Positions 25,765 to 38,907 of a stretch of 64,000 bases of DNA are shown here, one piece after another. The first letter of the stretch is position 1, and each line of letters opens with the position of its first letter. Origin of the DNA: Hamiltosporidium tvaerminnensis FI-OER-3-3 (Eukaryota > Fungi > Microsporidia); contig CM061249.1 of NCBI GenBank assembly GCA_022605425.2, forward strand, positions 434,001 through 498,000. Direction: 5' to 3'. The position numbers and the translations under genes are program-made. The notes beneath the pieces are model-generated. The model searched no databases and was not told the origin of the DNA. It saw only the letters and a program-made list of their open reading frames with translations.

Positions 25765-27830
25765 GATTTATTTTATATTGTAATTATATTCTAAAACCAC
25801 TTCTGTTCCCAAAGTACGCGTTTTTTGGCTTATTTCGACAAGTGAGAAAGAAATTCAATGTATAAATAGATTCCCATAAAACATTTTCACATATGGAAAA
25901 GAAAATTATAGGTAAGGTCAAGTTAAGGTTTATAAAATACCCCAAAAAAACACTACATATTCATTAATGTTTGATAAACATATTCATGCGAAGTTTGGCC
26001 ATGGATATTGTATTTGATATTTTATTTTTATTTCATCTTCGGAACGTTTAATTCAATGTTCTTGAATTCTGGAAATTAATATACATTTCAAACCAAAAAC
26101 CAGAAAGCTATCATTTTCAAACCAATAATAGACAATTTTTCACACATAAAAGTACTATCTGGCTAAAGATGAAGTTTAATATAAGCTACCGCCAAAATAC
26201 TGAAATTAAAAATTTTTCAATTAAAATTTGTAGATTCAATGCAAAAGAGAATCTAAAGAATATAAAGCAGTAAACAGAAGCATATGTATGCCAGTAAAAA
26301 GGGAAATGATCGGTGAAAAGAAACATATAACCGTCTGGAAATTCGCTCATCTTTTACATCTAAAACAGAAATGATTTCTAAATTGTAAAAGAAAGTTTCG
26401 ACGATATTTAATTTTTAAAACTCTTCTGAAAATCTAGAAACAAGGATCCAAAAAATATTATAGATGACTTTCCCGGGCGTTGGACCAATTTTATTTTATT
26501 TATACATCTACTTGTCTTAATGAGATATAATTTTTATCTTTTTGAAAACAATTAGAGTTACTCTGCGCAGGTATCTTCAAAAAAATGAGTATACAATAAT
26601 AAAAGTAAACTTTAAAATATAAATGAAGTTTAAATTCAGAGTAATAGACCTAAGATGTTTATTTTAAAAAAATAAGAACAGAAAATAAATCAAGTTCGAA
26701 ATCGCGCAACGAATTTGTACCAATACGCTGACCGGAAAAACCAAGAAACTTCAAAACATTGGCTAATAGATCCTTCTTCATTTATTAGTGATAATATAAC
26801 CTAACCTCAAACATGATAATCAGCATGTTATTATAAATGATTTCTATGGAATATGCCTTTCGGTACTCTGTATACAGGTGAGAATGAAGGTATGTATTCC
26901 GGCTGGCAATACTCGAAAATCATTTGATACGATCTATCTGTTTTGAGAAGATGTTTACTCAAGATCGAATGAAAATGAAAACCAAGGTAAATAAATAAAA
27001 TATATCAGAAATACATCTCAAAAATACGAACATTTTATAACCAAAATTTTATTCGAAGCCGATGAAGAGGAAGAGCTCAAACAAATATCTAAATTACTGG
27101 TCAAACGATCTAAATAAAATAACAAATCAAAAACATACTCAAATATAAACGACCGAAAAAGAGTCTAATAAAATAATAGAAATAAGATTAATAAATAGAT
27201 CATAAATTATTTTTTCGAAGAATTCTAAAGTACGAAAATTTTTAATTAAAATTGTGAATCGATCTAAACCAAATACTTGTAGCCCAAATATGATTTTTTT
27301 GGTTATTTTATTTTTTACCAATTTCAATCCCTCGGCTTTTCCTATATAAAAGATAGCAACTGATTTATTTATATTTATATAAAAACTTTTTAACTGAAAA
27401 CAACTATGAAAATGTGTGATGTTTTTCGTTAGAATAAGAACTACTTTATTGCAATTTAAACAATTATGAATATAAAGAAAAGTGAAATTAATGAATATGA
27501 TGTAGACTTTTAGAAAAAAAATAATTACAAATATTATTGCTCTAAAGGAAATATAATTTGATTATAGAAATTTATGATCAAATTTTCATTTTTTTTCGAG
27601 TTATTTTTGTTTATAATTTCGTTACGCCGATTTAAAATTATAAATAAAATGTATTTTCACAAGTAAATTCTTGCTAGAGAAATTTTATTTTTTTCTTTGA
27701 TATTTATTTTCCAAGGCACCAATTATTGTAAAATAAAAATAATAAAATAAAATTTTCGTTAATTAGTCAAATAAGGAAGGTTGATTTTTTCTGCTCCTCT
27801 TTTTTAAATTTATTAACCCGTTGTATAAAT

Positions 27831-28562
27831 ATGAATTTGAAAATAAATAAAAGAAAATATGTTAAATATAAAAGAGAGACACAAATAGAACTTACAACAC
27901 GATATATCATTTTGGAATTTTATGTATATATTTGTCTCTTTTTGTGTTCATTCGATTGCACTATATTACAAAATTGGTATTATAAATCAAGAATACTGTC
28001 TCAAAAATCTTTTTATAAAATATTTTATTCTAGGTTTATGGTTGCATTTATATATTCCATTAAATGAAATATTTTCGCGGAAAAGACAAAGCGAATATAA
28101 ATACCAGTTAATACATGTACTTTTGGGTTCTCTATTGATTATGACTGATATATTGTGGGATACAGTTACTTCGGTTTTTGGTTTTAATTTAAATATAAAT
28201 ATAAAGACAGGGATTATAGTCCCTATATTACATATGATAATCCATTTATATGTTTCTTTAAATTATAACAACTGTAATGTCATTAGAAATAAATGTTCAT
28301 TCGATATATTTTTAGCACATCGCGCTTTTATATATTTTCTTGTTCTCATAGAAGGTATTTTTGGCAAGAATTTTTACATTTTTGATAATGAAAATTTTCT
28401 ATATAAATTTATGAGTTTAGTTCCAGTGATTTTGATTAAATTTATATATTTAATCAGAAAAAAGAGTTTAATACAATCATTGATGCTGTGTACGCATTAT
28501 TCGGATATTTATTTCTTTTCGAAATGAAGAACACTACTATGTTAAATAATTATATTGGATAA
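27831..28562 (+). pseudogene. ~7-TM family paralogue 4, two frameshifts
   Basis: The 27831 N-terminus shifts into the 27922 frame (LFIKYFIL, YNNCNVIRNK, IRKKSLIQSL). A second shift near 28515 restores ..FEMKN.., ending at TAA 28562. Confidence 0.7.
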
Positions 28563-28793
28563 GTAAAATTAAATTGATATTGATTATATTTCTAATAAGT
28601 TTAAATTTTTTAATTTGGATTTTCCAATGTATCTGGTATAAACAGGATATCTTTATAATCAAAGTAGTCCGAAAAGATAAATTATTTTTATTTTTTATAT
28701 CTTAATTGTAATATTGAACTTTTTTATAATTAGATGGTTTTAAAATAATTTTATTTAGAATGAATAAAAATTTTTTCTTTTCTATAATAATTG

Positions 28794-29500
28794 GTGGAAG
28801 AAAGATAACCATATAAAAAACTTTCTGCTTGGCAATAGTATGTGGACTTGGTGTGAAGATCATTTTTTAAATTTTTGGTAGGAAATGACCACACTACATC
28901 TTCGGTTGTTCCATGAGGGTTTGTATAAAAATAAGAAGGCCTACGACAAGGGTGAAGCTTTTCTACAATGCATTTGTAGTTTTTTATGTAACTAGATGCA
29001 GAACGTAGCTGAAAATGTTGGTGATTGCCATGTAAAAGCAGGGAAACCTAGTCTTTCTCACTCGGTTTAGAAGACTTAGCACCTGTGAAAATTATAAAAC
29101 CCTTTAAAACCGGGAAAGCTAAGTAGCAGGTTATGCCTGTTGGTATGAGATTATAATGTATAGTTGAATCCCTTTAAGTCTTCAAGATATATCTTGGTAT
29201 GATGTTTATTGGGTTCGAAAAGGTTGGAGTAAGTGGAAAAGCTGCAAGTCTTGGGGAGCCCAAGGAGGGCTTCGATCACACATCATGCAACGGAAATTAA
29301 CGAACTCCAGGCAACTGCCTTGCCAGTAATTAACTTCTATACACCTGGTAGATAAAAGGCTTTGAGATGTAAGTATCGCAGGTGTTACCGATGGAGTTTT
29401 GGGGTAGCAGTTATTTTATGTTAAATCTAGAACTACGTTAATGTCATGAAAACAAATATAACCCTTGCTACTGTTTTAAAAAGATGTGATATTTTTAATT
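28794..29500 (+). mobile_element. Long (~710 bp) 5S-headed SINE-like repeat (copy B)
   Basis: Non-coding and collinear with 37862-38570 and 38908-39627 (-). Head GTGGA..TTCCAT spans 28794-28914 (121 nt). Confidence 0.8.
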
Positions 29501-29569
29501 AATTTTAATCCTTTAATATACTAAATTAATATTTTGATTGCTAATCGTAACTAAATAACTCCGCGGTGC

Positions 29570-30513
29570 TATACCCTTTATAGAGCTCTTAGCTGATTTC
29601 CCACCATCCTTCCTTATTATGTTCTAAATTTTTACATTACGATACATTAGGGTTTCTTAGATTCTTCATCAGATCATATATGGTCTTTTCCGTAGTCTAT
29701 CTCGTCTTTTTTTACTTTCAGGTACAGATCTAAAAATTTTTCTAGCAGCATTTTATTACGAAATTTTTTCTCGTGCCGGTGTCTCTTTTGTATTTTTTGT
29801 CTTTTTTGTTTCCATACGGATATTAAATTAGTTCCTTGATAGAGATCATATATTTCTTGATTCTACCTAATTCTTTACTCGGTATTTTAAAATATTTACT
29901 CATAACATTCTTAGTATATTTTTTTCTCATGTATTCAACAAAGATTCTTCTCTTTGGTAATTACCGATGTTTCGAAAGTATGCAGTATCTTAGTTTCAAA
30001 ACAGTTCTATATATCTGCTTTTCTTGTATTGCGATTTATCAGATTTGACTTCAGTAAGCATTGAGAAGCAAAATACGCACTCTTGCCTACGTTTATTCGT
30101 TTTATAACTAAAATTTTCTTTATTATTGCATTTAAGAGTGTTCCAGATATTAAAAGTCTTATAATTTTTCAAATTTATATGCATCGATTTTTAAAGAATT
30201 TCCAGGGTGGTCGTATAACAGAGAAATTACCATATATTTGTCTTGCATATAATTATATTCCACTAGGGATATCGGATTCTGCTGCTAATATTTATAAGAG
30301 GAATTCTATGTCTTTTTGCTTTCTCACTACGATATCCAGGCTATCTACGTATGCTTCGTATTGTATAATCTCATTGATTATTGTACCACCGGCTATTCTT
30401 TCCTCTATTGTTAGATTGAATAATACACAAGATAACGTATTCTTTTGTCTTGCCTCCATATTGCAGGCTATGGTCACTAGATATATTAACTGTAACAATA
30501 CATTTATCTTCAC
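29570..30513 (-). pseudogene. Fragmented putative secreted protein
   Basis: Signal-peptide-like start (KINVLLQLIYLVTIAC) on a GTG codon. The reading continues through stops and frameshifts into the 29996-30184 ORF. The 3' boundary is approximate. Confidence 0.35.
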
Positions 30514-33500
30514 CCAGTTTTATTTGAATTAGACAAATAATAAATAAATATTGCCGGCCCTGGATTACAATTTTTCATGTGAATCAAATTCTTATCACCA
30601 CAATTATTTAAGTTCATTTAAGGAAGCTATTTAAGTAAATCATAACATCTAGTAGTCATTAAAATAGTCATAGTATAAGCCTTGAAACTCTACTGCTTTT
30701 ACCAAGTAAATTTAAAAATATATATTAGAAAAGACTAAATCTATTCAAGTTTTTCTATTTTGGAATAATTAATGAAACGTTTACAGTAGAATTGATGTAA
30801 TAAATGAAGGCACCAAAAATCACAGAAAAAAAATAATCTGATTTGCAGTATAATATAGAAAGGAAATTCTATTTTAACATTTTAAAATCTACTTGAAAAA
30901 AACTTAAAAAATCATTAATTATTCTATTGATATAAAATAAATCTTGAAAATTAGAATCAATAAAATATTGGGTAACGAATAAATGCCTATTCAATTATTT
31001 ATAAGAAATTATACGTTTTGTTAACTATTTTGGAATTTAAGATATAAAAATTAGAAATATGTGAAAAATAAACGGATATAAGAAAGGTGATCATTATTTT
31101 TTTGCTATAACACGATATTTAGATGTCCAAAACATATATTAAATATATCTAATCAAATTTAAACTATAATTTGTCTTTTTTTTCGATAAAAAAGATAAAA
31201 AAATAATCTATGGAAGAAAGAAATCAAGGTGCTACATATCGACACATTTTATTTAGTATTTTTTAGTATATAGTATCATTCTGTCCTTTCATAATTTAAA
31301 AACCCTCTTAAACCGAAGCATGCATAATATTTTTATCGAGAAAAAATCATTTATAAAAATATCTTATTGTGTGTGTTGATAATATTATTTCTGGGAGAAA
31401 TTTCGAGAAAGAGATATTCGTCAAAGATATTAAAACCCAGGGGTAAGATAATTTTTATGTTGTGTTGCCAAAATTTACAAATCCTATTTTATGAATTGCT
31501 TTCGTACCAAAAAATTTTAAGGTGGGAAAACTTTAAAAAGTAATTTAGTTAAAATTAAATCGCGAAAATTTATATAACTAACATAGAACACCAGAAATAG
31601 GAACCTTTGGCATGAGTCATACATAAACCTTTCGCCCGAAAAAAGAACCTTTTGCTGCGAATTTTTCTGTACTATATTATCTGAAAATATGTTGTATCAA
31701 AGTGGAATTCCATATCACTGGCAAGACACATGCTGAATTATATTCATCAGTACTTTCATTTTTTTACATTAATACATTTATCTCAGAAAAATTCACAAAA
31801 AAAAACATATAAGAGAGAATATATACAAGCCATTGCAAATATTTTCCAACAATGCAAAATAACGAGCATTTTATTTTGAATTCTGAAATATTAGTCTATA
31901 ATTTTTTCAAGAACTTTCATTGACTTATCTCTTTCCATTTGATTTCCCTAAGTGACAAAGTTTTATTCCATATAGCACCGAATCAAAAATCAATCCTTAG
32001 CGTTTGAAAATCATCATAATTTAACTAAAAAAACCTTCAATCGAGTTTATTTACATATGCTGTGTTTGAATATAAAATAATTTTTAATTTTCGTAGAATT
32101 CTTTGACATAGATATATAATTTAGAAAATTTATTTATCAATGACTAAAAATATGCCAATCTTTTCTAATAAAATAACTTGATCAGGTTTCTTAAGAATTC
32201 AAGTTCTGCAATGATTTTTTTAGTGCGAAAACCATTTGCGTGCATTCGGATTAAAGCTGGTTAAAATTCTGAATTTGACTTTAATTTTCTTTTGCAAACT
32301 TTTAGCTTTACATTTAATTCATATGCGCTCGTGATAAAATCAAAAAATAATTGGTTTATTAGCAAATTTATGGCTTATTATGAATCCATTCTTAAATAAT
32401 CTTTTGCATTAGTAAAAAAAATCTAATATTTTATAAACACTAAGCGAAACGTTAAAGACTTTTCAGTAATTACTTATCAGACATTGTTATGAATGTGTAA
32501 CTAAAATACAAGAGAGTTACTAAGTCAATAAGTTTGCCGTTATTTGTTTGTTTAAAGTTCACGCAGATATTTATTTTAACTATTTTTATAAAAAATCATT
32601 CTAATTTTAAAATAAAACAAGACCGGTATTTATGTAAATAAACTAGTGGTATGTTAGGCAAATAACCATAGAATCGAATGCCTGGAATTTTGAGTAAATT
32701 AGTGGAAACCTTCATCAGTCTTCCCTGCTACTACCAGATTTATCAGTCGTACCTAAACGATTTTTTATAGATTCATTTCTTTTTAGGAGATGTATTTACA
32801 ATTGCATTCCAAATATTCATTCCCTTTGGTAGTTAGTTGCCAATGGTGTTAAAGTAATCCTTTTTTCTTCGATATTATTTCCAATCTAGTAAGAAATTAA
32901 AAGCGCAGTACGAACGACTCGCACATGTGAAATATATAATAAGATATGCTATAAGATTCCGTAAGAATTAAATGCATTTTTTGATGTCTAATTAACATAT
33001 TTTTCGATTTTTCACTTTTTGAATTTCGCTTTGTTTCTAAATATTCATATATTTAGTTATTTTAAGAATCTTTGCATTTCTTTCAAACACTTAAACGGCA
33101 AAAATATGCATTTTAGCGGTGTTTCTGTCATATATTTATCAAGAAGAAATATTTATTAATATGTTTGAATTGTTTTTGAGGCAAAAAAAATCTCTAAAAC
33201 GTGCAATATCAAGAGCGATTGATAAACTTTATAAAAGCTTGCCGTATTTCCTATTTTTTTAATACTCGAAAAATAGATTGTTTTTCTTCGTTCTATCATT
33301 TTTTAATTGGGACTTAAGCTTTTTTTCTAAGGACGTCATTTTGACATTTCGCGTTCCAATATTCTAAAATATCATTTACTAAATACTTTTTTGGCTTTTT
33401 TGATCTTTTCATTCACTTTGGTTTTTCAGATTTGAACCCCTGCTTTATTTTATTTATAAATTTTGATGTTTCTATTTCCATTAGCCATATTTAGGGCAAC

Positions 33501-34799
33501 CATAATAATTTTACCAAAAACTAATTAAATAGGAACTCGAAATAATAACATGCAAAACTGCTTCAAAATAATTATCTCTATTGCAAGAAAACTGCTAAAA
33601 TTCAAACAAAAATCGAAATACAAGGCAAATAGATTTATATATCTTACCCGCAGCAACTTAGAATTCTGAGGAAAAAGAACTTAAGATTAGAAAAGAAGGT
33701 TTCATTGAGGGTTTTGAAATGGCAGATATGCCCAAGCGTTTCGCATTCTTTTGCTGGTATTTAGGTTCTAAATATTTTTTGTTAGAACTTATCGAAAGTA
33801 GATATAACGTAGGCGTATGTGTAGGTAAATGTCTCGTGGACTATAAAAGCGTCATAATCATCACTAACATCGCTTTTACAACGCAAAATGTCGATGTATC
33901 GATATACATAAAATTTTTAAAGTATATAAATGTTTCACATGCCCTTGAAGTGTTCATGTTATCTTAGTATTTATTTCATAAGTTGAAACAATGATATACA
34001 TTATTTATAAAAATCTAAGTTACAAAAATTCGACACCGAATCAAGCATTTGTATATAATCTTTTAAAATTAAAGATAAAGATAAAACAAAAGTAATTCAG
34101 ACAAATTTAGAGGGGCGAAAATGTCTATTTAAAAATCATTTAACCTCAAATATAATTGTAGAAATAAACAAAGAGAATGCCATATTAAATGTTTTACTGA
34201 TTCGAAAATACCAACCTACATCTCATTCAAATGTTCGGACAGAGTTCTATGTATATATAAATATTGTAGATTTAATAAAATGCATCGAAGCATAATCTTC
34301 CCTTTAAATTAAACTTTAATATATACATCGATTTTATATAATTAAAATATTAACATTTAAAAAGTATTTTTAAACAAATTATTGGTTCGTATTTATAAAA
34401 TAACTGTATTAGTTTAAATTATTGAACAATTTTTTTCCTTTTACTTATTTTCCTCCACCAATTCCATCATTTTATATTTCACTTTCCATTCTTTTTATTC
34501 TTTTCTGTCAATTTTCAATCCATCAAATGCTTCCTATCATATCTAAAATGATGAGTTATGATGTTTTTTTCTGCTTAAAAGCATCTTAGTACTTCCCCAG
34601 TCTTTTAAAATTGGTTTAGTTGTTAATACCTTTACTTTGCTTAATAACACATATTGATGTTCTATTCATACTCTTATTGTCTTTAGTCATTTCAAAGTCT
34701 TCTTCATATTTCAAAAATTGATTAAATTACTCCTAGTAAATAATTATTGTATGAATATATCTCTATTTATACTTATTTGCAGTTTTTTAAGAACATCTT

Positions 34800-35450
34800 C
34801 TAATATTTTGTCACAATACCGTTCCAGGTCATCACATAAAGAATTATATCAACAACTTACATATATAAGATAAAAATATTTACTTAGTGGATTACAATTC
34901 CTTGTTCTTTTATTAAAACTTTTAAAGTGAATCTTGAGATGTAATTCACACCCAATATGCGTTACCTTGTTTTTATAATCTAAAATAAATATATCGGGTC
35001 TATTATATCAAATTTTGACATCAGTTTTTATCCTGGTCTCTATATTTTTTTCTAAATACTCTTAGAAAAAAAATTTTCTAATCTGATTAACTCATATTTA
35101 GATTATAGACTCAAATTCAAGTCTGTATAGAAGGAACAATTATAGTCATCTAATTACTTTTTTATTCCGTCCGGCGTAGTAATGGTTTTCTCATATTAAG
35201 TTGCAAATGCTCTACCGTTTTACCAGACTTATCGCAGAATGTAAACTTCCCGTTTATTCTTCATAATACATTTCTATCTTCAATATAGCAAACAATTCTT
35301 AGACCTACTGCTAGACATATATATTGTTATCCAGCCTAAATATGTCAACAGCACTTCCCATCTTATTATTCCTAACACCATATAACCTGGAAAGGGTTTC
35401 CATCTTTCATTTTAATTATTAGATTCGCTACTTGGATCTCTTCTGTCTTA
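34800..35450 (-). mobile_element. Old degenerate relic of an R4-like RLE retrotransposon (endonuclease region)
   Basis: TTGTCACAATACCGTTCCAGGTCATCACATAA and AAAATAAATATATCGGGTCT match 46777-46810 and 46958-46980 (YVMTW.GIVTK, NRPDIFILD, RIKTDVKI). Confidence 0.75.
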
Positions 35451-36031
35451 TTTTTATTGAACTTTTCTTAGCTTTAAGTTATAGTATCACAATAAGAAAT
35501 TACTCTATCATTTGCAGTAAAACCAATTAAGTGAGTAAATACAGCTATTTTTAATAATATTGAAATTTAATCTAGAATTTATTTACTTAAATAGTTAGAT
35601 ATGGTTACTTGATCCAATCAAGATCAAACATCAAAATTTAAAAACTATTTGGGGTTCTTCTATTTCAATTTATTATTTAATCAAGTTATATTTTTTTTTG
35701 ACACAATTGCAGTAACCTTTTTTAAAAATATCTTTAAATTATAATCATGTCAAAGGGTAAAACTCGCTTTTAAAATTTCTATTCGTTCTTACCTTTTTTT
35801 GTCTTTTTAATTCGTATTGATTTAAATAATTCGATTATATTTATTAAATATCCAGAAAAAATAGATATTTTGTTTTGAAACTGTCCCTAACTGCAAATGA
35901 ACAAACAAATAAATTTATTCATTGCTTTTGTAATCGAAAATCTTCTAAAAAAAATAAATCAAAGCTGTCTTATCTTTTTAAATAAATTAGAAAAGAAGTA
36001 TTTTAAAGAATCTGAAATTTAATTCCTAGAA

Positions 36032-37700
36032 ATGAAAATATTGGGCTTTTTGACTTTATTTTTTACTGATTTATTCAACGGTGAAATCAAATAATAAAAA
36101 ATCGAAAGAAACAAAGGAAACAGAAGTAATAAAATCAAGAAACCATATACCAGACATTGTGATTTATAATGATAAAGACTCCTCGATGTATAAAAGAGTA
36201 TTTAACCATTTATATTTGGAACGATTAGCGATTTATCTTTCTGAGATATTTAATGGTTATTTAAATGAACCTGCTATTGAGGAAAGAATATTGCCAAAGT
36301 GTAAAAATATTGCATCAGAATGTGACAAAATAACAGATAGCAAGCAGAAACATGAAGAATTTTTCGAAAAAATTGCTTCATTTTCCAGGGCGGACATTAT
36401 ACACTGCAAGAGGTTGTTTTTGGAAAAATATAAAAACGATCAAACAAGAAATCAGTTTTTTGATCAGTTATTGGAATTTTCTTCTAATAATAATTTTGTT
36501 TCGCAGACTGCTTTTTATAAAAATATAATATATTAATCTATTACTGAAGCAAAAACACATAGTAATGCGATGGACCCGAAAATAACTTTTGAAGCTGCAA
36601 TTACCGATACAAAATCTACCATATATCGTACTGTAATGAATCTGTTGCTCCAAGGTTTTAGCTGTTTAATTGGAAATTTAATCTGTTTTTTTCCAAATTT
36701 TGAAGATCTTTATAGATTTCTCTACGATAATGATAAAGATAAGCTTCAATATGAAATTGACTTATTTTCGAATACTTTGACATTTTGCCCTCTTAAATCA
36801 AAATATAGAATGAAAAGTTATGACGATTTACCGTTTCAAAAGTTAAATTCTAAGGTGATTAAAAATTCAGAGTATCTAAAAAATTGGACATTTTATAAAA
36901 AAATAAATAAATTTTCTGATATCTGTCCAGAAGAAATACTCGAAATGCCTCTTAATAGGTTTTTTTGGCTTGGGAATCAAAATATTACAAATGTATGGAA
37001 CGAAACAGGGAGAAAGGTCAATCCAGACAGCTCAAAATGTCCTATAAAAGGAATTTTTCGAAGTGATTTAGCTGATATTAACCAGATAGAAGATGCGGAC
37101 AACATAGAAAAATTGAAAAAAAAATGAGAACTTTATAAGGAGTTTTAGGACAAATAAAAATAAAATATCAAACCAAAAAAACACAACAATATATTGTATT
37201 CTGAATTTGAACAACTTCTTCGAAGAATTTGTAGAAGAAACTTTAAATATAATCAACGAGAAGATAAATACGATCAAGAAAACCAACATGAATACTGAAA
37301 AAGAAAATAGTGATAAAAATCGAGGAAAAAATGATTCGAAAAAATTAATAACCTTAACACACATTTTTATATTTAATTTGGTAAAAGATCATTTTGAAAA
37401 GCTAATTTTACTTCCGAAACACGAAATCTTTTTGCATTTTTGGAGAAAATCAAGAAACTCTTAAACATCACAAATATTGATTTCGATTTTGTAATAATAC
37501 TCAAGAATTTTACTAATCTATTAAAGGTACTGAATTTTCTAATAAAATTTATTCTGTATGTGAAATCAACGTTAAAGATAGAGAAAAAATTGCAGAATAT
37601 ATTAAAAAGATTGAAGAAAAAACTGTAGAAATCACAAGAACCAGATTTAAAGAATTTATTTGCGATTTTTTTAAAAATTATTTTGGAAATCCTTCGGATG
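36032..37700 (+). pseudogene. Fragmented lineage-specific putative secreted protein (pseudogene or indel errors)
   Basis: ATG 36032 (MKILGFLTLFF) shifts into the 36081 frame. The TAA at 36534-36536 is followed in frame by the 36570 ORF, and further shifts (one in a poly-A run) lead to the 37207 and 37440 ORFs. Confidence 0.6.
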
Positions 37701-37861
37701 TAAAAATTCCAAAGAAACAGTTCTTGGTATCATTTTTGGAGATCGGATAGTATTTAAAATAAATTGATCTTTTTTTGACTTTATCTTAATTTGTTATTCA
37801 CACTTTATAATTCTCAAATGAAAATAATAATTTTTAATATATTTATAGATCGATAAAAAGA

Positions 37862-38570
37862 GTGGAGGGAGGAAAACCACATAAAAAACTTTCTGCTTGG
37901 CAATGAGTATTGAAACTGGTGTGAGGTCATTGTTTGGGGTTTTGATGGGAATAAAACCACACTATATCTTTGGTTGTTCCATGGAACTTTGTATAAGGAG
38001 GGAGAGGTCTAAGAATTGGAGAAACTTTTTCTAAAAATTTATTTGTAGTTTTTTATGTAACCAGATTGCAGAACGCAGATGAACATGTAGGTAATTTCCA
38101 TGTAAAAGCATGGAAACCTAGCCTTGCTCACTCAGGTTAGAAGACTTAGCGCCTGTGAGATATAAAAATAAAACCCATTAAAAGCTGAGAGAGCTAAGTA
38201 GCAGGTTTTACTCTTTGATATGACATTGAACAATCTAGTCAGCTTTCATGTAAGCTTAGAGATATATTTTTGCAAGAATTTTCCTAGCTTCGGAAAATGT
38301 AGGGTAAATGAGAATGTGATATGGTATTGAGAGAGCTCGAGGTAGGCATCCGCCAAAGATAAAACTCCATGCAACGAACACTTATGTCACCAGGCTACTG
38401 CTTTCCCCGGCAATTGGGTTATAACAGCTTATAGATCTAGGGTTTTGGGATCTAGATATCGATGGAGTGATGGGTAGCAGTTATTTATTTTAAAGATAGA
38501 ACTGCGTTAATATCATAGAATCAATATACAGGTATCACTGTTTTACAAAAATGTGATGCTTTTAAATAAA
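37862..38570 (+). mobile_element. Long 5S-headed SINE-like repeat (copy C)
   Basis: Head 37862-37982 (121 nt). Conserved body blocks ATGTAAAAGCA.GGAAACCTAG, GAAGACTTAG and GCTAAGTAGCAGGTT. Ends TAAATAAA. Confidence 0.8.
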
Positions 38571-38907
38571 TTTAAACGAGATTATAGATGTTAAAATATT
38601 TTTCTTTTGTTTAGACTTATAAAAAATTTCACTTGTTGATTGTATAAGATAAAAATTAGCTTCATTTCTAAAGTAAATTCTTTCCAAAAACAATTATTTG
38701 ATGGATTATGCTCATAAATATATTTTCAGTACATAAAATTGTGCTATAAACATACTTGTTGTAGTTTCAAACTATTTAGCCAACCGAAAGATAAAATGTG
38801 TCTAAATAATACATATGAATGCGTATTTAGAGTAAATATTAACCGAATGGTCACTTTAGAATACAAATAAAATTTAATTTTATGTCTTTAAACATATATT
38901 AATATAC

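Noticed and set aside
28794-28914. Functional 5S rRNA gene
   Set aside because: The copies are too divergent from each other and are fused to conserved bodies, so they are treated as 5S-derived heads pending a covariance search.
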